32,000 bases of DNA from a virus: the IMG/VR virus record IMGVR_UViG_3300042453_005804, positions 1 to 32,000 of that record, one strand, 5' to 3'. The notes beneath the pieces were generated by a model that ran no database searches, was not told the DNA's origin, and saw only the letters and a list, made by a program, of their open reading frames with translations. The translations under genes were made by a program, and so were the position numbers. Of the stretch, positions 19,925-26,128 are shown in pieces; position 1 is the first letter of the stretch, and every line of letters begins with the position of its first letter.

Positions 19925-20011
19925 GGAGAAGTGGCCGAGTGGTCGATGGCAACGGTTTAGAAAACCGTCGTGGGTGAAAGCCCACCGGGAGTTCGAATCT
20001 CTCCTTCTCCG
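19925..20011 (+). tRNA. class-II Ser-like tRNA with anticodon AGA (A34)
   Basis: Acceptor GGAGAAG/CTTCTCC, anticodon arm ACGGT-TTAGAAA-ACCGT, variable arm GTGGG-TGAAAG-CCCAC, T arm GGGAG-TTCGAAT-CTCTC, G73. Confidence 0.7.
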
Positions 20012-20020
20012 CAAATCTCG

Positions 20021-20056
20021 GTGCAATGTCCTGACAGGACATGATACCCTGACACC
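20021..20056 (+). promoter_or_regulatory. GTGCAATGT-variant promoter, leaderless, with a palindrome in the spacer
   Basis: GTGCAATGT-N15-TACCCT-GACACC-ATG. The spacer holds ATGTCCTG-A-CAGGACAT (20026-20042). Confidence 0.55.
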
Positions 20057-20257
20057 ATGTTCAAAGTCATCGATCTAGCCTCCCGCCTCGAACGTTGGAC
20101 CACCGCCTACGAACTGGGCGATCTCGTCTTCTCCGTCTCGAATCACGGACGAATTCACGTGAAGGTCGGAGAAGAAAGCCGGATCATGAGCCTCGTCGAC
20201 GCGGTGTCCATGATGGGACGGGTCTCGGAAACGTTCGAGAACCTGTCGGGACTCTAG
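20057..20257 (+). CDS. hypothetical protein, 66 aa
   Basis: Track ORF; ATG at +37. Confidence 0.6.
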   Translation: MFKVIDLASRLERWTTAYELGDLVFSVSNHGRIHVKVGEESRIMSLVDAVSMMGRVSETFENLSGL

Positions 20258-20514
20258 GCTTCTCCGTCGTGCTTCCCGAGGATCATCACGTCCTCCTGGA
20301 TTAACTTGCGAATAATGTCAGCCAGTTCCCCATATCCGGCTTTTTCCAGGGCCGTGGCGGCCTCAAGGAGTCCTACGATGCGACCCTGGTCCAATCCTGC
20401 CTCGGTGGCCTGATAGATCATGGTGTCTACTGATGCCAACATATCCTTCACCTGGAAGAGCATGTCCCACGCCTCCTCCCGTTCCGCACACTTCTTGCAG
20501 GATTTATCGTCCAT
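20254..20514 (-). CDS. hypothetical protein, 86 aa
   Basis: Track ORF 20254..20643 trimmed to ATG 20514 (MDDKSCKKC). Stop overlaps the stop of 20057..20257 (CTAG). Confidence 0.5.
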   Translation of the reverse strand: MDDKSCKKCAEREEAWDMLFQVKDMLASVDTMIYQATEAGLDQGRIVGLLEAATALEKAGYGELADIIRKLIQEDVMILGKHDGEA

Positions 20515-20683
20515 GGCGCTCCGCGGCAGGAGGCTCGGGGGTGAGACCTGGAATGTGATGATGGGTAGGTATACCCCACGCGTAGAAGGTGGTAGCCCAG
20601 TGGAACCCCCAGGCGGCCAGGTACCCCAACAGGAATCCTGCAAGAAACGTCCTCCACGACTCGGATGACCTGAGGCCCTTCAT
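20504..20683 (-). CDS. small membrane protein, 59 aa
   Basis: Track ORF; ATG 20683; hydrophobic FLAGFLLGYLAAWGFHWATTFYAW; overlaps the next gene by 11 nt. Confidence 0.45.
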   Translation of the reverse strand: MKGLRSSESWRTFLAGFLLGYLAAWGFHWATTFYAWGIPTHHHIPGLTPEPPAAERHGR

Positions 20684-20724
20684 CAATATAACTATCTTTC
20701 TCTTGAGATTTTTTTTCGGGACCG

Positions 20725-20760
20725 GTGCAAAGTATACACCACCCGTGATAGGATGTATCT
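20725..20760 (+). promoter_or_regulatory. GTGCAAAGT-type promoter, leaderless
   Basis: GTGCAAAGT-N15-TAGGAT-GTATCT-ATG. Confidence 0.65.
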
Positions 20761-22068
20761 ATGTTCAGCCACACGGACACAGACTTCAACCTGGACCGGC
20801 ACCTCATCTCGTTCCTCCAGGACACGCCGTTCTTTGCGGAACTGAGCCGGCACATCCGGAAGACGCCCACCCTCGACATGCCCACGGCGGCGGTGGCCTT
20901 CGACCCGACGTACGACGACATCACGCTGTACTGGAACCCTGAGTTCTTCCGGCCGATGAGCGACCAGGAGATCCGTGGCGTCCTCACCCACGAGTTCTAC
21001 CACCTCATCTTCTGCCACCTCACGACCCGCCGCAAGAAGCCGGCGAAGATGTGGAACGTGGCGACGGACCTCGCCATCAACTCGATCATCAGCGGCCACA
21101 GCAACATGACACTGCCGGCCGGTTGCCTCATGCCAGGCGTCTTCCCTGCCGGTCCCGAAGGTCGCGAGTGGACGGCGGAGGAGAAAGCCGCCATGCCCAT
21201 CGCCCAACTCATCGCTGACTTCCCCAAGGGGCAATCCTCGGAGTGGTACTTCGAGAAGCTCAAGGACAAGGTTGAGGAGGAACGCAAGAAGGGTGACAAC
21301 GCCAAGGGCACCCCTCACCCCGACGGTGACCCCTTCGGCGGCCTCGACTCCTTCGACGACCACTCGGCCTGGGACGAGCTGACCGATGAACAGAAGGAGA
21401 TGGTCGCCTCCAAGGTCACCGGCATGGTGGAGAAGGCCACGAAGCACGCCGACTCCCAGGCGAACGGATGGGGCAACATCCCCTCCGAACTCCGCGAAGA
21501 GATCCGCCGCTCGGTCAGCAAGCTCGTCGACTGGCGCAACGTTCTCCGCCAATTCATCGGTAACATCGCCCGCGGTGAACGCACCACCACCATCAAGCGG
21601 ATCAACAAGCGCTACCCCTACATCCACCCCGGCGTCAAGCGCGGCTACGTCGCCAAGCTCCTCATCGCCATCGACCAATCCGGAAGCGTGGATGACCGCC
21701 AGCTCGCCCTCTTTTTCAACGAACTCGCCACCCTCACGAAGAAGGTCACGGTCACCATCCTCCCCTTCGACTGCGCAGCAGACCTCCGCGATGCCTTCGA
21801 ATGGAAGAAGGGAAGCAACGTGGACGCCAAGCGGGTCCGAGGCGGCGGAACGGACTTCAACGCCCCCACCAAGATCGTCAACGACCCGAAGAACCGGGGC
21901 AAGTGGGACGGCATGCTCATCATGACCGACGGTGAGTGCTCCGCCCCTGGCCCCTCCCGAGTCAAGCGCGGCTGGGTCATCTCCCCTGGCCACAAGCTGG
22001 AGTTCCCCACCAACGAGATCACCATCTCCCTCGATCCCACGACCCCCAAGTCCGGAGCCTGGCGATGA
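20761..22068 (+). CDS. VWA-domain protein with N-terminal HExxH metallopeptidase-like domain (MoxR partner type)
   Basis: HEFYHLIFCH zinc-binding motif in the N-half; MIDAS-type IAIDQSGSV (DxSxS) in the C-half. Confidence 0.8.
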   Translation: MFSHTDTDFNLDRHLISFLQDTPFFAELSRHIRKTPTLDMPTAAVAFDPTYDDITLYWNPEFFRPMSDQEIRGVLTHEFYHLIFCHLTTRRKKPAKMWNVATDLAINSIISGHSNMTLPAGCLMPGVFPAGPEGREWTAEEKAAMPIAQLIADFPKGQSSEWYFEKLKDKVEEERKKGDNAKGTPHPDGDPFGGLDSFDDHSAWDELTDEQKEMVASKVTGMVEKATKHADSQANGWGNIPSELREEIRRSVSKLVDWRNVLRQFIGNIARGERTTTIKRINKRYPYIHPGVKRGYVAKLLIAIDQSGSVDDRQLALFFNELATLTKKVTVTILPFDCAADLRDAFEWKKGSNVDAKRVRGGGTDFNAPTKIVNDPKNRGKWDGMLIMTDGECSAPGPSRVKRGWVISPGHKLEFPTNEITISLDPTTPKSGAWR

Positions 22069-22274
22069 TCCGCGTGGGAGACATGGTCACCTTCCGCCCC
22101 GGCGTACTGACCTGGAATGAACGAGATCGCTCGGCTGTCTACCCGGTCATCGGGGTGAAATCGCCGAATGGATCCGACGTGATGGTCACAGTCCTCGGTC
22201 CCAGCGGCGAGGTGTTCTGGGAGTGGTCAACGGCATTCACGGTTCAACTCAACACGGCGGGGCGGGAGACATGA
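22065..22274 (+). CDS. hypothetical protein, 69 aa
   Basis: In-frame ATG of track ORF 21936..22274, forming an ATGA overlap with the VWA gene stop. Confidence 0.55.
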   Translation: MIRVGDMVTFRPGVLTWNERDRSAVYPVIGVKSPNGSDVMVTVLGPSGEVFWEWSTAFTVQLNTAGRET

Positions 22275-22471
22275 AGACACGAGACTTCCCCCCAGGATCC
22301 CACATCATCAAGATCGACTGGTACAACAGACCACTGGACATGGGCATCGTCATCCAACAGGATACCACCCACCCCATCCACGACGTGGAGGTCCTCTTCC
22401 CCACAGGCCCCCGCTGGGAGTCAGCCGTCGACCTCATCCACCTCGACGAACTGTCACCACATTGCAACTAG
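22271..22471 (+). CDS. hypothetical protein, 66 aa
   Basis: In-frame ATG of track ORF 22223..22471 with ATGA overlap; the stop TAG lies inside palindrome 22463-22476. Confidence 0.55.
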   Translation: MKTRDFPPGSHIIKIDWYNRPLDMGIVIQQDTTHPIHDVEVLFPTGPRWESAVDLIHLDELSPHCN

Positions 22472-22476
22472 TTGCA
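22463..22476. promoter_or_regulatory. perfect 14-bp palindrome TGCAACTAGTTGCA, candidate operator
   Basis: Read directly; 5 nt upstream of ATG 22482. Confidence 0.6.
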
Positions 22477-22481
22477 CTCCC

Positions 22482-22703
22482 ATGCATGACATCGCCGCAG
22501 GAGACCTCGTCACCGTACCACCACACGCCTCGCTATACCCCGCGGCCTACTCCTCTCCTGCCGCCCTCACCACGGAAGACCACCTCACCGCCCTCGTCGT
22601 CTCCATCCACGGCTTCTACCTCAACATCATCCTACCCTCAGGAAAGACGGCTTGGATCCACAAGGGCTCATGTCGACTAGCACGAAAAGCAGACCGAACC
22701 TGA
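22482..22703 (+). CDS. hypothetical protein, 73 aa
   Basis: Track ORF; last gene of the plus-strand block. Confidence 0.55.
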   Translation: MHDIAAGDLVTVPPHASLYPAAYSSPAALTTEDHLTALVVSIHGFYLNIILPSGKTAWIHKGSCRLARKADRT

Positions 22704-23173
22704 CACCACGGAGCAGGAGGGCACTTGCCACCCACGACCACACGAGCCACCCCTACCCACGAGCTACAGGGGCCACTGTCACGGCGCAGAGCAACTGTCC
22801 ACCACCGGAGCAAGCAGACCGAAAGGGTCGTGGGCGCTCATGGGGGCACATCTGCCGACGGCGGCAAATTCGTCCAGGATGAGGCGTAAGGAGTTCGCTA
22901 TCTACTCCTGCACATCCCGCACCCGCCAGGGCACATTTGCAGAAAAGATGCCCTCCTGACTCGCCACACCAACTCGAGATTGTGTCCACCTGTCCTCGCT
23001 CGTGGGGTGGCATTTGTGGTGGTAAGTGGAGGGGAGTGGTAAGAAGTGGTGGAGGGTGGTAGGGGGAGGGCAGCGTGGGTGTTGGAGTGGGGCGGGGTAG
23101 AGTGGATGCACGTCGGCCCCGGTGGGGGTATGTTGTGTCCGCCGGGGCCGAAGTGTGAGATTGGAGGGGGGAT

Positions 23174-23473
23174 TCAGCCCCTGTAGTATCCGAGGGGGCC
23201 CGGGGCGAATCCCGCCGCTTTGAGCGCTTCCTCCATCAGCTCGTCGAGCGCTAAATGCACGGCGTCCTGTACTTCGCCTGGGTCGCCACCGTACTCGACC
23301 TCGGCCGCACCTCGCAGGTGCTCGATGAAGACGGCCAACGCGGCCTTCACCTTCGTGATCTCTGCGTTGTCTGCGAGTGCACCCATACCGACTTCGTTGA
23401 GTTGCTTCGCTGCTGATGCCCTCTTTACTTCCTCTGCGATGATTGATCTTAGTTGGTTTGCTGTGAGTTTCAT
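23174..23473 (-). CDS. N-tag family protein, 99 aa
   Basis: Track ORF; N-terminus MKLTANQLRSIIAEEVKRA. Confidence 0.7.
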   Translation of the reverse strand: MKLTANQLRSIIAEEVKRASAAKQLNEVGMGALADNAEITKVKAALAVFIEHLRGAAEVEYGGDPGEVQDAVHLALDELMEEALKAAGFAPGPLGYYRG

Positions 23474-23506
23474 GTTGTGGATGTCCTTTCCCGTTGCGAG
23501 GGATGC

Positions 23507-23540
23507 TTATAGGTATCGTGGATATCTGGATTTGTCTTCC
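23507..23540 (-). promoter_or_regulatory. conserved 34-bp upstream block (second promoter type)
   Basis: 30/34 identical to 23943-23976. rc reads GGAAGACAAATCCAGATATCCACGATACCTATAA. Confidence 0.45.
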
Positions 23541-23563
23541 GCCCGAGCGGGATTTTGATGGTG

Positions 23564-23917
23564 TCAGAGGCCGTACATGTTGACGAGGTCTCGGGCGAGG
23601 TTGGTGGCTGATGAGGTGAGGGTGAGGCCTCTATCGAAGGCCGCCATATCGAGGAGGCGTTCCAGTTCCATGGTGGGGTTGATTGGGTTTGTGGTGTACC
23701 TGTAGCCGTAGGCTGTTTTCATGCCGACGATGGCTCTTGCCACGCCCCTGAAGTCTTCCGGCGTTCCTGTGCCTGCCATTGAGGCGATGTTCATTGCTAT
23801 ATCGGGGATGGCAGAGGGTGAGACGTCGAGGACCGTTTCGGTGAGGTGACGACGATGTGTCGCCTTCTGGACTTCTTCTCTGATGATTGATCTTAGTTGG
23901 TTGACGGTTAGTTTCAT
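23564..23917 (-). CDS. N-tag family protein, 117 aa
   Basis: Track ORF 23564..23974 trimmed to ATG 23917, giving MKLTVNQLRSIIREEVQKA. Confidence 0.7.
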   Translation of the reverse strand: MKLTVNQLRSIIREEVQKATHRRHLTETVLDVSPSAIPDIAMNIASMAGTGTPEDFRGVARAIVGMKTAYGYRYTTNPINPTMELERLLDMAAFDRGLTLTSSATNLARDLVNMYGL

Positions 23918-23942
23918 GGGCGGTGTTTCCTTGTTGGTTCGT

Positions 23943-23976
23943 TTATAGGTATCGTGCATTTCTAGATTTGTCATCC
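23943..23976 (-). promoter_or_regulatory. conserved 34-bp upstream block (second promoter type)
   Basis: rc reads GGATGACAAATCTAGAAATGCACGATACCTATAA; paired with 23507-23540. Confidence 0.45.
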
Positions 23977-24020
23977 CACGCGAGCCGCATAGTTATACAC
24001 GAATATTCGGGATAAATGAC

Positions 24021-24701
24021 ATGAAGATACGGTTAGGGGAATTACGCAGGATTATTCGTGAGGCGGCTGAGGCGGCACAACTCAACACAGATGAGCTCGC
24101 GGCGATGTTGACTGAAAATGATGGTGGGGCCAAAGTGGTCGTGTATCATCCTGTACCCATTGAGAACATGATGCGTAAGTTGCCTGGAGATGTTGTTGAC
24201 CGGTCGCCTGAACTGATGGCGAAGTTGAAAGAGTATATGGTCGGTTGGGTCCAGGTGGTGAAGCCGAAGGATCCTTGTTGGAATGCGATGATGATTGCTT
24301 CCATTGCTGGTCCTGGCAAGCTGATGTATGGTATTGCCTATGCTTTGTCTCCCTCTGGTCTCTTGATCTCCGATCGCGATTCTATGACTGATGTTGCAGT
24401 CTCAGCCTGGCGTAATATGTCAACCAAGGGTAATCGTGACAAGAAAAAGTTAGATAATGTTGTTGAACCTGCGACTCCTGAACCCAATGACGATTGTGTC
24501 TTACGTCCGGAAGAATTCCTCAACTACGCCTACGAGGCTGAAGGTTGGGAGATGGGCGTCTTGGAGACGATGCATGATAACCATGAAGTTATGATCGCCA
24601 GAGCCACGAAAGGCGGCATACTGACGAGAGAAGAGGTAGAGAAAGTCTTGACAGAGGCAGGTCTATCTTATTGGCGAACTCGTTATAGAGCCGCTTGGTG
24701 A
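24021..24701 (+). CDS. N-tag family protein, paralogue group P (226 aa)
   Basis: MKIRLGELRRIIREAAE, then shared motifs CWNAMMI, GPGKLMYGIAYALSPSGLLISDR, PNDDC, EEFLNYAY. Confidence 0.8.
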   Translation: MKIRLGELRRIIREAAEAAQLNTDELAAMLTENDGGAKVVVYHPVPIENMMRKLPGDVVDRSPELMAKLKEYMVGWVQVVKPKDPCWNAMMIASIAGPGKLMYGIAYALSPSGLLISDRDSMTDVAVSAWRNMSTKGNRDKKKLDNVVEPATPEPNDDCVLRPEEFLNYAYEAEGWEMGVLETMHDNHEVMIARATKGGILTREEVEKVLTEAGLSYWRTRYRAAW

Positions 24702-24716
24702 TGAGGAGGTAACTGA

Positions 24717-25421
24717 ATGAAAATACGATTAGCAGAATTACGCCGGGTTATTCAGGAGGTTCTCCTCGAGGACAAGGAGTCTTTCCTCTCCTCCTCGGAA
24801 CCGATCATCAAGGGAAAGAGTCCTTCTGCACCACGAGACATCAAACGATTGTGGAATGCAGAAGCCGACCACAGGTTCTTCGCGGGCCTGACGAAGGTCC
24901 ATTGGGTTCGTCGTTATCAGGCCCTCAGGTTCTTTGACGAAGGCAGGGGACGTGATGAGGTGTCAGTTGGACTATACCTCCCCGGCAAGAAGGTATCACC
25001 CGCTTCGGCCTGGATGGAGCCTGGTGTTGGTGTGGTTCTTCAGGGTCGTGTCACCCTAGCCTCGAATGACATGGGGTCGATATGGACCGGATACGCCGAC
25101 GAGGCCCAACCGCAACATGCAAAAACATCCGGTGCGGTCCGACGCGGTACGATGATGAACATGAGCGCCCTCGAGGACTACGTCATTGATGCTGCGAGCT
25201 TCAAGGAGGCCGGATCTATGGGCAATGAGGGTGTGCTGGACAACTGGCGGCCTGTGGCCATCGTCTTGACAGATGTTGGGGCTTTCAATCCTGACGTAAT
25301 CAAATACGTCAAGAGTCTCGTGGATTACGGGAAGGCGTTCAAAGGAATAAGCGTTGTGGACCAGAACATGAAGTCATTGGATTTGGATGCGTTGTTGGAG
25401 GAGTTGTATCGTGAAGATTGA
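24717..25421 (+). CDS. N-tag family protein, 234 aa, unrelated body
   Basis: MKIRLAELRRVIQEVLLED; GAGGAGG SD 7 nt upstream. Confidence 0.8.
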   Translation: MKIRLAELRRVIQEVLLEDKESFLSSSEPIIKGKSPSAPRDIKRLWNAEADHRFFAGLTKVHWVRRYQALRFFDEGRGRDEVSVGLYLPGKKVSPASAWMEPGVGVVLQGRVTLASNDMGSIWTGYADEAQPQHAKTSGAVRRGTMMNMSALEDYVIDAASFKEAGSMGNEGVLDNWRPVAIVLTDVGAFNPDVIKYVKSLVDYGKAFKGISVVDQNMKSLDLDALLEELYRED

Positions 25422-26124
25422 ACTTGGTGAATTGCGGAAGATTATTAGAGAAGAAATCTTCGAACCCGAAAAAGGGTTAATTCCGACAAATTCCATTCGT
25501 TATGGTCACGCACCAATAGAATTCGTTAAATTGGCGCGGAAGTCCGATGATCGCATCAAAGAGTGGTTCATTCGTTCTGGTTGGGCTGAGAAGATACAAG
25601 GTTCGGCGCCTACCAATGACGGCGAAGTTACCAAGAGAGATCTTGAAAAGTTGTTGAAGTTGACGAGAGAAGCTACGCAGGAAGATGTAGCTTTTTCCAA
25701 GTTCGTGGATGACGAAAGCAACATAGCAGAATTGTTTCTTTCTTTTCTGTCTGAAAATGGATATGAGGAATCTTTGGAAGAGTACTACAGGATTGACAAT
25801 CAAACATTGTCATTGCTGTTTTATTTGAAAGAAGTCATTGATAGACCCAGGCCATATCAGCTGGCTCGTCATTTCGGGCTTCCAATCTATCCTCTTATAC
25901 GCACTGACGCCATGACAGCTTCATATCCTAGCGGTCATGCGTTGGTTGGGTTCGTAATGAGTGAGTATTATTCACGAAAATATCCTCGCTTGTCAATCCC
26001 CTTGAGATCTTTGGGGAAAAAAATTGCTTTTTCTAGAGAGGTCGTCGCGATCCACTATCCATCAGACACGAAAGTTTCTCGTTTGATATGCGACATTATT
26101 TTCCAAAACGATCTCCTCGAGTGA
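25411..26124 (+). CDS. PAP2-superfamily phosphatase carrying the N-tag
   Basis: All three PAP2 motifs: KEVIDRPRP (Kx6RP), PSGH, SREVVAIHYPSD (SRx5Hx3D). GTG start at 25411 with GGAGGAG 7 nt upstream gives (M)KIELGELRKIIREEIFE. Confidence 0.85.
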   Translation: MKIELGELRKIIREEIFEPEKGLIPTNSIRYGHAPIEFVKLARKSDDRIKEWFIRSGWAEKIQGSAPTNDGEVTKRDLEKLLKLTREATQEDVAFSKFVDDESNIAELFLSFLSENGYEESLEEYYRIDNQTLSLLFYLKEVIDRPRPYQLARHFGLPIYPLIRTDAMTASYPSGHALVGFVMSEYYSRKYPRLSIPLRSLGKKIAFSREVVAIHYPSDTKVSRLICDIIFQNDLLE

Positions 26125-26128
26125 ACGC

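Noticed and set aside
18553-20078. ORF-track entries across the tRNA array (18553..18747, 18588..18776, 19279..19482, 19459..19665, 19662..20042, 19721..20026, 19896..20078)
   Set aside because: They are read through back-to-back tRNA genes. The conserved tRNA stems generate spurious open frames.
20692-21993. ORF 20692..21993 (-, 433 aa) and the off-frame ORFs 21386..21925 (+), 20997..21311 (-), 21315..21608 (-) and 21645..22049 (-)
   Set aside because: They are antisense or off-frame to the VWA/HExxH gene, which has motif and promoter support. Their composition is Gly/Val/Arg/Asp-rich shadow.
22616-23111. ORFs 22616..22813 (-), 22652..22882 (+), 22753..23013 (-) and 22902..23111 (-) in the convergent junction
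   Set aside because: The translations are Pro/Arg/Cys/His/Gly-rich. They have no promoter motif, no SD and no coupling to neighbours. The region is better described as non-coding.
23100-24100. The GC shift interpreted as a chimeric assembly junction or a foreign prophage boundary
   Set aside because: The decline in GC is gradual over about 3 kb. The same N-terminal tag occurs on both sides (gene 1..107 versus 23174-26827). No integrase, att-like direct repeat or tRNA sits at the boundary.
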